This document shows, in pieces, positions 51,430-63,023 of a stretch of 64,000 nucleotides of DNA. Origin of the DNA: Narcine bancroftii. Taxonomy: Eukaryota. The position numbers and the translations under genes were made by a program. Under the pieces are notes generated by a model. That model was given only the letters and a program-made list of their open reading frames with translations. It ran no database searches and had not been told where the DNA came from. The stretch spans positions 5,208,001 through 5,272,000 of the forward strand of contig NC_091477.1 of the NCBI RefSeq assembly GCF_036971445.1. Direction: 5' to 3'. How positions within the stretch are numbered: the stretch's first letter is position 1; each line of letters begins with the position of its first letter.

Positions 51430-52225
51430 AAAGGCTTTAATGAAGCAGAGCAACGGCGGGTGAATTTAATACTGATTAATGGAAGTAGATTCAGCTGGAA
51501 AAAAAGATTAATGAAGGCGAGTCATTCACAATAAATGGCGCGGCCCTGGGGAGTATTGTGGAGCATGTAGACATTGGCATAGAAGACCAACGATCCCTCA
51601 AGGCGAGGAATGGCCATGGGATACTCGGCTTAGTTGGACAGCGGATAGGGTATCCGAGCATTGACGAGATGACATAGAACGTCATTGACTCGGCAGCAAC
51701 TGGACCACATGCAGTTCTTGTGACCGCACAATAAGAACGGGTTGATTGCACTGGAGAGCGGTCAGTGCAGACTCACCACTTCGTTCTCTGGAAAGGACAA
51801 ATTCAGTAGTAAGAAGAGAATAATGTGGTGGTGGGGGGGGGGGGGTGGGGGGTGTCTAAGTTTATTATCCTTGCAATGGATAATGTTGACAGTGAGCTTG
51901 ATGGAGATACATACATTTAAGTCGATCAAAAACTAAGTTGATAATAGGGACATTTCTACCATAGCAAATGTCAAAGACCTAGTTTGTGGAAATAGCGAAG
52001 AATTTTAGATAGAATTTGGGACAATATTCTTTTGCCCAGTGAATGGTGGAAATTAGTAGCTCAGTACTCCAGCTGGTAGCGAAAATGAGTAACTGACAAA
52101 ATTGTGCAAAGAATTGAGTGAATATGTAAATTCCCAAATTACAGAATTTTCTGCACAAAATTCCTATCAGTGTTAGTCAATAACTGATGAGCCGAAGAGC
52201 ATTTATATGTTCTGTATAACTCTGC
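51430..52225 (+). mobile_element. Highly decayed CR1 3' fragment
   Basis: Similarity to other CR1 copies (GGAGTATTGTGGAGCA, GATTGCACTGGAGAG, ATGAGCCGAAGAGC tail). Confidence 0.55.
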
Positions 52226-52396
52226 GACTTCTTTACAAAACATAAGCAATACGGTGACAATATACTCATATGTACATTCGGGAAACTTGGTGGTTATCAT
52301 CAGGCAATATTCTATTCCTCAAATTAGAAGTGTCAGGTTGGAGAATTATTTCATTATCCAAGGATTTGGTATATGTTGTCATCTTCCTGGAGTCCA

Positions 52397-52590
52397 CGAC
52401 GCCATTACAGCGTCAGCCACCTGGGTTCGAACCCGGCGCAGTCTGTTCTCCCCTGTTTGCGTGGACTTTCCTAGAGTGTTCCAGTTTCTTCCCACCTTCC
52501 GCACCGTAAGGAATTGTGGGTTAATTTCAGTATAATTGGGCGGCAGGGCTTTAAATGGCCGGAATGGGCTTCTTTCGGGCTGTAAATAGA
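52397..52590 (+). mobile_element. V-SINE (HE1-like), partial
   Basis: GGGTTCGAACCC B-box, GTTTGCGTGGACTTTCC...TTCCCAC, GTGGGTTAATT...AATTGGGCGG; paralogous to 47290..47551. Confidence 0.75.
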
Positions 52591-53971
52591 ACAAAAAGAT
52601 GCAGAAATTTAGAAGATTGTGTTACAACTGATGAACTATTAGGTGGTGAGCGTGAATATTTGGAGAACAGAGTGAATTTTTTAGATATCGAAATTGTGGT
52701 CAAGACCGGAAGCTTTCTTAAGGTAGTGTGACATCCTATGAATGTTGTTGATGTTGCACATCTATTCAGGTGAAAATTGTTCATTGACTATATTGACCAC
52801 TGCTTGCAAGGTGGTAAAAGGTGATGGAGAATCAATAAGTTAGTCTATCCATGCGGAATTGTAACCTAATGTTTAACGTATATTTATCGAGGTCGCTTTG
52901 TGAAATTGCATTTACGCAGTGTAATCCACTGGTTTTAATGTGATCAAATTCAAGAATGTGTGAATGTGCTTCTGCGTTAGGTCGTGGTCAATAGCAGGTG
53001 GAAAGTGTTTTTGTCATTGCATGCTTGAAAACACAATTTGTCCTGGAATTGCTGCATCACATTTCAGAACACATGTTAATGATATGCAGTCATATGCAAT
53101 TGTCAGCATTTACAAGGACTGCTGAAGTTATTCAATGTTTGATCGACTATTCTATTGGATCTAAGATCCGATTAATTTAAAAAAAATTAAGGATTTTCCC
53201 AAAATGCAAGGCTTCCGAATTTTTTTTTTTGTTCAGTGAAAAATATATTTTATACTCTGAGGATGTTTGTTGATAATTTCCTCTCACTTTACACCTTTTA
53301 TTTGCACGTGAAGTTATTTGCTTCATTGTAATCCATTTCAAATGCCTCCTTGACGTCCAAAGAAATCCCTGGGAGCTTTTCAAAGACTTTTGCATTTTCC
53401 ACACCTGGAGCCTTTCCTTTTAAAATAATTGTCCTTGGCTTCGGTTCCATCGCAGACTCCAATTAACTCACTGCAGTTAAAGTTAAAACCATGTCTATCA
53501 CACAGAACTCGCAAGGCAAATTGACTGCAAAACTGAATCAGAAATACTTCTTGACTTGTGCAAATAAAACGCAAATACATAAAAGACTTAAATTTCTAGA
53601 AGCTACCATAGTGTCGTGAATGATCTCAGCTAATGAATCCACAGCTAAGTACTAAATAAACATGTTTTTGTGAAATACGGAAATGCATTATTAACTGTGA
53701 AATCACTAGATCACGGTGAATGTTTTGGGGTTAACAGAAACTGTAAATTCAGTCACTGCAGGGATCAATCTTCCAGCCACGAAATAAAATATTGACATTA
53801 TAGAAATCACTTTTCAAATATTGCTGATCTCCAGCTTCATTAAAGTGGTAGTTTTCTATTTTCACAGATGCTGACAAGCCCTCTATTGAGTTTTTCCAGG
53901 ATTTATCATCTTCCTTCAACTATGCAGCAACTGCATATCTTTATAGGGCTAGTCTAGTTATTTGTGTAAAT

Positions 53972-54309
53972 CAATGTTTTTCAAACATTTTTCTTTCCAA
54001 TCGCACCCCACCTTAACTAATCCCTATGACATAGGTGCTCTGTGCTTAGTAAGGGATTACTTAAGGTGGTATGTGACCAGAAAGAAAAAAATTGAAAATC
54101 AATGTTGTAATCGTACCTAATGGGCGAATGACAATTTTTCTGAAGCAAAATATTTCAGTAACAATTGGGTCCAGAGCATTGGATTTTACTCGTTTTTCCC
54201 CCACTCACATACCACTTTAAGTAATCGCTTATTAATTACAGAGCATCTATGGTTAAGGGATTACGTAAAGTGGTATGGGAGTGGAAATAAAAAAGTTTGA
54301 AAACCACTG
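53972..54309 (-). mobile_element. Composite (dimeric) hAT MITE
   Basis: Two MITE units (53972-54104, 54177-54309) around a spacer; the whole is flanked by a perfect 8-bp TSD GTGTAAAT (53964-53971 and 54310-54317). Confidence 0.88.
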
Positions 54310-54589
54310 GTGTAAATTATTAAGATACGGTTCTAATCTAAAACTAGATCACCTCAATGAAATCAAGTAACAATTCCTTCTTCTAGGCTTAGAGATGAGT
54401 GCGTCTCGAGAGCGAATAGTTGCTGTAAATACAAGGGGTGCATGTGTCATCCATAGAATTGAATGCTGAACCACCATGATATTTCCATTGCAGTTCAAAA
54501 GAGATTCTCCATATTAGATTTCGAAACACGGAAGGGTGGACATTCGCGAGAAATGAAAAAGAGCTGTCAGAAAGGTTAAAATATCTTTT

Positions 54590-54741
54590 AATTGTGCAAC
54601 CTTAAATACAGCAAATATTCTGCGCAACTTTAGATACTTCCAGCTTTAAGAAAAGACCAAAATCTTGATTGGTGGAATATCATTGAGTTTCTCCACCAAT
54701 CAGGAGCTGAGATACGATCGGTGATCCGCACAGCCCCCTTC
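54590..54741 (+). promoter_or_regulatory. Promoter module of pseudogene exon 7 (intact)
   Basis: AATTGTGCAAC 54590; GCTTTAAGAA 54643-54652; ATTGG 54668; CCAAT 54696; GTGATCCGCACAGCCCCCTTC 54721-54741. Confidence 0.85.
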
Positions 54742-54997
54742 ACGACGCAGCAACCTCACGGTAGGTCAGATACAGACGAAACAGGATAACCAGCGGCTCC
54801 GTGGGGTTGTTCCTGGAGTCCTCGTGCAATTTTAGCCAAAATGCGAGAATTTGAATGAAACAATTCAAGCGATTTGCAAGAGGGATGGTAGTTTTTTTTT
54901 TTATCGGGGTTATTCCATTTTAACATCGACGCACTGTTGAAAGAACAATGAACAATAGAATCCGGGCCTGAAACCATTGGAATGACTTCCACTGGAA

Positions 54998-57417
54998 ATG
55001 AGATATAAAATATATTGGTTGCTAAAATGCCAATTGTTGTGCTGTGTGTTCTCTCCGTGGGTTCTTGTATCTGGGCAGATTCGTTATTCTGTACCTGAAG
55101 AGCTACAACTGGGAGCCTTTGTTGGGAATATTGTTGCCGATTTAGCATCAGATATAACGCAGCTTTCGGCTCGCAGTATGAGATTACTGCCGGGACCGAG
55201 GAGGCAGTATTTCCATGTAAATTTGGAGAGTGGGATTTTATTCGTGACGGAAAGGATCGACAGGAATAAAATGCCGATTAGCCTTCCACGTTGTTCTTAA
55301 AAGTCCCTTGAGCCTGTATCAGATAGAAGGGGATATTCTCGACGTAAATGACAATGCCCCCGTTTTCCCCAAAAGCCAGTTGCGCCTTGAAATCTGAGTT
55401 TGCACCACCGGGAATGCGATTTCCCCTTGAACACGCACACGATCCAGACATTGGCAATAATTCATTGCAAACCTACCAGCTGCAACGGAATGAATATTTT
55501 ACTCTCGATGTACAACTTCTAGTGGGAAGGGCAAATGGCCAATCTTGCTTTTGCAGAAGCATTTGGACAGAGAAAGCATGCCATTGCACAGTTTAACGTT
55601 AACAGCCTGGGACGGAGGTTTACCATCGAGATCGGGAGTGGTTAAGATTATAGTCACAGTGAAGGATGTAAATGACAACTCACCTGTTTTCTCTCAGTCG
55701 GTGTATAGGGTCCGTCTGTTGGAATCTACACCGATAGGGGCCCTGGTCATCACGCTGAACGCTACTGATGTGGATGATGGCCTCAATGCGGAAATAATGT
55801 AGTCTCTCCTCAGACATGTTTCTTCTATTGCCCGTAAACTTTTCGACTTGAACGCTAAAACTGGTGAAATCAGACTCAAGGGGAAATTAGACTATGAAGA
55901 AAGCAAGGTCTTTGAAATTAATGTACAGGCAATGGATAAGGGACCAGGCGCCATTCCCGAGCACTGCGACGTATTGGTCGAAATTATTGACGTTAATGAT
56001 AATACGCCAGAGGTGATCTTCCGGTCATTGTCAACGATAGTTTTGGAAGACGCTGCACCCGGAACGATAGTGGCTCTGTTCAGTGCAGACGACAGGGATT
56101 CGGGTCAAAATGGGGAGGTACATTGTCAAATTTCAAATCAACTGCCTTTTATTTTGGATTCATCTATAATGAATTGTTACAGAATTGTTGTACAGCAGCC
56201 ACTGGATCGGGAACACAACCCCGAATATGATATTACTATAACGTGTATAGATTCGGGGGACTCACCTCTGACTTCCAGGAAAACCATCCGGGTAGAGGTT
56301 TCGAATATAAATGACAATGCGCCAAAATTTTCTCATCCCGTGTACACGGCAAATGTTCAAGAAAACAATGGGATTGGGGGTTCTATACTTTCCGTGACTG
56401 CCCTATGATACAGATGTTCGACAAAACGCCCGACTGAATTTTTCTATCCTGCCCTCTCTTGTCCGGAACTCCTCAATAAACTTTTATGTCTCGATTAATT
56501 CAGCCACTGGTGTCCTTTATGCTCAAAGGGTTTTTGACTACGAACAACTGAAACATTTCCAGATCCAGGTTGAAGTGCGCGACTCTGGTACGCCAGCACT
56601 CAGCAGTAATGCTTCAGTGAATGTTGTGATCCTTGACCAGAATGACACCGCTCCCGTGATTATACATACTTCACCTGCATATGGATCGACAGCAATAGAA
56701 ACAATATCCAGGTTTGCAGAACCAGGATATTTGGTTGTCAAGATATCAGCCACTGATGCCGACTCTGGTCAGAACTCTCGACTTTCTTATCAGATTTTTC
56801 AGGCGACTCATAACCTTTTTACAATTTCCGCAGAAACAGGCGAAGTTTGGACCATCCGTCGAATTTTGAAAAAGGATGCCTCCAACCAAAGGCTGGTGGT
56901 TGTGGTAAAAGATAATGGAACACCATCCCTCTCTGCCACTATGACCCTAGTGCTCTCTCTGGATGGAACTGATAGTGAAACGTTCTCTAGTGTATGCAGT
57001 TCGTCGTCAGAGTCTAGGTTCAGACCTGAACTCCGTTGGTTATAGCTTTAGGAGTAATATCTATCGCTTTCTTTATAATTTTAGTTGTGCTCGCAATTAA
57101 AGTTCACAAAAGCAGAAACGGCATCCTATACCAACACCGTTCCCTGGGTACTTGTGGTTACTTTGAATCAATGCATTCATTGAATGGAATTCAGAAGGCC
57201 AGTAAAAGTCTTCAGATACCACCAAATTATGTTGAAGTATTTGGAGGTGACCCACTCTCCCAAAGCTTCCGCTATGAGTCATGTCCGACGTTAGTCTGCC
57301 AAGAGAGACGTTATTATCCCCAACAGGTGCAGATCATCTGCAAATAAAGAATTGAACGCATCGATTGGAAAAGAAAATATTGCAATGGTAAACCCTATAA
57401 AATGCAGCGTTTCTGAG
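54998..57417 (+). pseudogene. Pcdh: Clustered protocadherin variable exon 7, pseudogene
   Basis: Full-length homolog of exons 3/5 broken into ORFs 54998..55300, 55348..55596, 55545..55802, 55848..56408, 56575..57045 and 57036..57347. Lesions: ~20-bp net deletion at ~55266 removing the first Cys of EC1 C-X5-C, small indels at ~55393, ~55518, ~56404, ~57033 and ~57292, and TAC>TAG at 55800-55802. Donor GAG|GTGAGA retained after 57417. Confidence 0.9.
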
Positions 57418-58981
57418 GTGAGATGATTGCACACAGAAGGCCAGGCATTAAATACATACTAGCTTTTACACCTTAAAACACTACATAGTTTTCTCTGCTC
57501 TTTTTTATTTCAATAATATGTTCTTCTTGCATGGTGATGTTATGGGTACATTGATTATATATTATTGTAATGTATCATTAAACAGTTCTGAATGGTCTTT
57601 AATTCCGAAGGAGTATGAGCGGCACTTTTAATTCTTTTTTCTAATCCTCTAATATCTAGATGAATTAGGAACATTTTGGTATTTAAGACTACAACAGTCC
57701 TTCCGGTAGAGAAGAAAACTTGCTTGCCCTTGATGTAGTCTCCTCTGCAATGAGGAATGAAAACTATCAGTGATTTGTCCGTTCAGTCCTGTAGTGTAAG
57801 CGGAGCTCTTCCCGTTCTGATTGGTAGATAATTTTATTCAAAAACCTAGAATTCAACAGATAATTCAACCTCGTTATCCATTCCTTCTCGTGCAAACAAC
57901 CCAATTTTGGTGCACAATCTACCTGCAGGCACCTACCCAAATTTGTTTTCTCTTCAAAGATACTGCTTCACCTGTTGACTATTTCCAGCAGACACGTTTG
58001 TTTTAAATTCACAGCAACTGCGTAATTCTAGACATCACTCTTTCAACATTTTATTTTATCCTCTCCAACGACTTTAATTCATTGGCCTCTATCTAACCCA
58101 TCCTTTGCCTGCACCTTCCCCCCTCCCCCCCCAATATGTTCTTCGAGTAGCAGAGATAATATAATGTTATCCATACATTCACATTCTCAGCCCTATCACA
58201 GATGTGTCCTTTTCATTCATGCCACCCATATAACTCACCAGAACCCTTTGAGCTTGAAACATGTTTGATTTTCTCATCTTTTCAACACAGATTAGGGGGC
58301 ATTAAGACAATATGTTAACACTGGATTCCGCTTCGCATATGTTACCTTTCCTGCCGTGTATTGCCAAGATTTCCTGGGTTTATCTTTAGATATAGTTAAT
58401 AAGTTTAAAAAGTGTTCCAGGCGCACGTGCACAACAACAAAATAATTTAAAAAAGAACACTTTCTCTGTCATTGCACGGTGGAAATGTATAACAGAGGAG
58501 CTGGTTCTTGGGGAATGGTTTATTCTCTGAGATGGGAATGAAACGTTTTCACTGTTTCAAGGAAGCCCAGAGAAGGGATCCATGCTGACTCAGCAGTAGT
58601 TTTGAAAATTAAAAACAAAATATTATATGGGCAGAATCCCAAATTGGCTGCATTTTCTTCTGAAATTAGAGCAGTAATACCGATGTATGTTGTTAGTTAG
58701 GAATGTGTTCCGCTGTTTTTGGCTCATCAAAATGAAAGGACATTCTAACCGGAACAGTGGTCAGGGCATCCACCCTCTAAGCATTTAGATGTTCATGCGT
58801 GAATCTCTGCGCATGAAGTTCAATGCACACGTTCAGAATACTTGCATAATTAACATCCAGTCTAATAATTTAGCACATAAGTATGCCGAAATATCTTAGC
58901 TTCAAGCCATCCACAATTGAAATTGCTGTCTTAACAGTTTTGTAAAATGTATTGCTTTGCTTAACGATAATTGCTCTAGAT

Positions 58982-59346
58982 CAGTGGTGTTCAAACTTTT
59001 TTTTATTTACAGTCACATACCACTTTAAATAATCTCTATAAATTGTCTGTAATTAGTAAGGGGTTGCTTAAGGTGGTATGTGGGTGGGAAGACAAAGTTG
59101 AGAACCACTGCTCTTGACCCAATTTTTAGTGAAATATTTTGTTTGATAAAAATTGTCATTCACCTATTTACTTTGAAGTTATGATCCCGTGCATATAACG
59201 TGTCAATTAAGTACGATTAAACCAGTGGTTTTCAAACTTTTTCTTTCCACTAATACCACTTTAAGCAATCGTTTATGAATCGCAGAGCACCAACGGCACA
59301 GGGATTACTTAAGGTGGTATGGAAAGAAAAAGTTTGAAAACCACTG
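58982..59346 (+). mobile_element. Composite (dimeric) hAT MITE, second copy, inverted relative to 53972..54309
   Basis: Units 58982-59110 and 59223-59346; spacer 59111-59222 is the reverse complement of the 54.1-kb spacer; flanks CTCTAGAT/CTCTCGAG (6/8). Confidence 0.85.
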
Positions 59347-60949
59347 CTCTCGAGCATGTTGTTGCGAGACGCCCTCTTGTCCCACTATGATTCGTGTGGT
59401 GAACGTTGTTCTTACCTTAATGTTGTGAAGTGATTTCCAAAGGTTGGCCTCGATGATTATGAAGGGACAATATGTTTATTTTCAAACAGGATGATGTGAC
59501 AAAATATTCTGATGGTATCAGTGTGCTGGTTCGAGATAGTAGGACTTTGGAAATGCTGTGAAGAGATATAATATTAGTGATTTTGAGTGGTACATTCTAT
59601 GGCAGCAGTATAATATTGAATGTATTTTTGTGCATTGCTAATCAAGGCCAAAGCTTCGTTCTGTAATTAATGAACTTGGTGTATTATATATAACTATCAA
59701 GGCGAATGGAGAATGTCCTAAATATAATTCGGATTACCTTTTTCTTCGTGATGGAACATCTAGAAAATTCAAACTTATTGCTACGTGTATCCAGGTACAA
59801 TGAGAAAGTTCCTTTTGCATACAATCCAGAGAACCATATCATGCATTACATGACATTCATGCATTAGAGGATTACAGGAAGATATCAGTAAGAGCCGACA
59901 GCCTCTAATGTCCATTGAAACCAGGCATGTTGACTTGTGTCACAGAAAATGTGTGTACGTAACGAGTTTAAATGTTTCTTTTTTTTTAACTTTGTTTATT
60001 CGTTAAAAAAACAAATAATATATGACATATGCAGCAATTAAACATAAACATGAACGTTTTTTTATATATAGATAAAAAAGAAAAGAACCCCCTCTCCCCT
60101 TCAGCCAACTCTCCTAAGGAGAGCCATAAAAAAATAAGTGGCTGTTATACTCAGAATATTTACATTTCAATTTATATTGACTAGAGTTCAAATGTTTCTG
60201 ACAAATAATGACACATAGGTTGTTTGAACATAAGTCTTCGACATGCTCATTTTCCCTTGTGCACTTGTATTTTTGTTGGCCAGATTGGGAAATGTTTTAA
60301 TGAAACTTCAGTGAGTTAATACAGTAATTCTGCAGTGGACTGAATGAACGTTAATAAATTCTGCTGATCACTGAATGTTTCGCTCTCAATCATGTTGAAT
60401 ATTTTGATTGCAGTTCCGGTTATGTATCCAGATATTTATATACTATTCCAACAAAACACCAAGTTGTGACTATGTGGTGAAGGACTTGAGAATCCCCTTC
60501 CCAACACCCTTGAAACTAAATTTATGAAGTGCTGTTGAAACCATTGCATTATTGAAGATAATTCAATCGTTTCTTATAAATGGTAAAACCAATGTTGACT
60601 GAATATAGATTTAATAATGTCAGTGTGATTAATGGGAGGAGGTCTTATGAGATCTGTTTCTGGGGATGGCAATGTCAGTAATGTCAATGTAAGTATATTG
60701 TCATATATGCAACAGATACATTAAATTGTTTTGATTCCTGCCATCAAAGCGGTGCATATGTTACAACTCAGTAAAATTTTAAATTTACATAAATACAAGT
60801 CATAAACATAGGTAAAATATATCTAAGATAGACAAATAAATATTCACATTTGCAGTTATTACAAGAAAAAGAATGAACTTTCAATCGTGCATCCAGATCT
60901 ATTTGTGGTCCTGTGGGAATTACTGTTCGGGTTAAGGTCATAAGGGAAA

Positions 60950-61450
60950 GTTCATGGGGATAAAAATTGTTCTGAACTTGGAGGTGCTGGACTTCATTTT
61001 CTGTGTCTTCTTCCTGAGGTTAGCAGCAAGAAGTTATTGTGACCAAAATGACATGGGTCATTTATGTTGTTGCCAGCCCTCTCAAGGCAGCGTCTCACGT
61101 GGATGCTTTTAGTGGATGAAAGGTCGGTGCCTCTGATGGACATGGCAATGTTTGTCACTTTCTGATGCCTTTGCACTCCTAATCACTCGAGTTTCCAGAG
61201 CAGGCCATGATATAACCAGAGAGTATACATTCCACAGTCCAGCTCGATAGAGCATTGACAACAAGCCAAATCTCAGTACTAAATAAAGTCGAATCATTCG
61301 TGTACATGCCTCCTGGTTTTCTCGATGGGGTGGCTCCAGGAGAGGTCCCATATGTGGACTCCCAGGGACATCCCACTGTTGTTCTGTCAATAAAGACGGA
61401 TCCCTCGACAACCCCTTCAGAAAGTACACAATAAGCTCCTTTGACTTCCT
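60950..61450 (-). mobile_element. Rex1/Babar-like LINE 3' fragment
   Basis: TVECILSGYIMACSGN, RCLERAGNNINDPCHFGHNNFLLLTSGRR motifs. Confidence 0.7.
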
Positions 61451-62162
61451 GATATTAAGGGTAATATGTTAGGAATGCATATTACCTCAGTAAACATTCA
61501 AAGTATCAGCATTGCTTTGAACATGTTCCATGAGGATACAGAGTACTTCCTTATATTAGGATTAAATAAATATCCATAATTTGTGGTTGTCAGCAAACGA
61601 ACCCACATATGTTATTGTTCTGTTTTTTGGGGTGTATTTGAGATGGAAGGGTCCAGGTAAAGTTCTAAAGAAGCATTCCAGGGATAAAGTGACTCTGGAA
61701 ATAGTTGACTTTCAACTATCGATGTTCTTCTTCTTTTGATGTAAGATGAAGGTGTCACAAGCACATACAAATAATTTACCTCTCCATAAATGCACTTGAA
61801 CAAGTCTGACTGAGACATATTCATCAACCAAGGCAGTCCTTGTTCTCGTGGTTACCCCTAAATTTTATGGAGCTTGATGTTCTGAGATTTAGACGTAATA
61901 TCAATAATGAATATTACTGTATAATTAGATTAGAATCAATCTCAGGCATGTTACAAAATTTGTTGTTTAGCGGCATTTTTCCAGTGAAAATATAGCTCCA
62001 ATTACATTTCAAAAATAAATAAATGGTATAGAAAATAGGAAAGAGTTGGGTAGTGTCTGTGGTTTGTTGACCATTCAGAAATTTGATGGCAGAGGCGAAG
62101 AAGCTGTCCTTGTGCTGCAGGGTGTTCGTCTTCAGGTTCATGTACCTTTTTCTTGATGGTAG

Positions 62163-63023
62163 TGCTATGAGCCCCAAGGACCCCAACCCCCAACAGCATT
62201 AGATAGTCACCAAGACAAATGGTTACTTAAACAAAAGTTACTTTTAATTAACTTCAAACATAAAAACATAATCAAACTTTAACTCTATTTTTAACTTAAC
62301 CCCTTTCTAATTCTAAGTGCACGTGTATGTAATGTGTGTGTGATTTTAAGAAAAGTTATTTAGTTCAGAGTTCAATCTCACTTCTCATTCTTCCCAGTTC
62401 GCTGGTTGCAGGCAATTCTTATACTGTGCACATAATTTAACATGTATAAAGTTCACCTGGCTTTGGTGCTCAAAAGGTACATGGTTNNNNNNNNNNNNNN
62501 NNNNNNNNNNNNNNNNNNNNNNNNNNNNNNNNNNNNNNNNNNNNNNNNNNNNNNNNNNNNNNNNNNNNNNNNNNNNNNNNNNNNNNNNNNNNNNNNNNNN
62601 NNNNNNNNNNNNNNNNNNNNNNNNNNNNNNNNNNNNNNNNNNNACCCCTTGTGTTTGCTAAACAACATGATTTTTTCCAGCAGACAATAGAAGTCTTCTG
62701 GTTCATCTGTCGTTTTTAGGTAGAAAAGAAACCTTCAGTGATCTTTCTGTGAGCAGTCTTCAAATGCCTTGTAAAAAGGTATCAGGAGACAGTATGTCTC
62801 CTGCTGTTGCTTTAAAGACAATAGTCCGTTCTTCCACAACTTCAGTTCAATTAACACCTATTTGTGAAGTCTCCATATGCATTCTTCACAATTTCTGCAA
62901 AGTCACTGAGGATACGAATTCTCCAATAATTCATATAAGATCTGTTTTTAAAGTGTGTGTACGTAACCTACTCTAACTTTTCCCAATTTATCTCCCAACA
63001 ATATTTGTATATATTCTGTCACA
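62163..63023. mobile_element. Possible solo LTR or other inserted element (contains assembly gap 62487-62643)
   Basis: Splits a LINE; begins TG and ends TGTCACA; imperfect 4-bp flanks GTAG/GCAG. Confidence 0.4.
62487..62643. other. Assembly gap (N run)
   Basis: Run of N. Confidence 1.

Noticed and set aside
3083-57417. Assignment to a named subcluster (alpha/beta/gamma or chondrichthyan-specific) and exonic CTCF sites
   Set aside because: Needs constant exons or a phylogeny; no convincing conserved exonic CTCF motif could be identified by eye.
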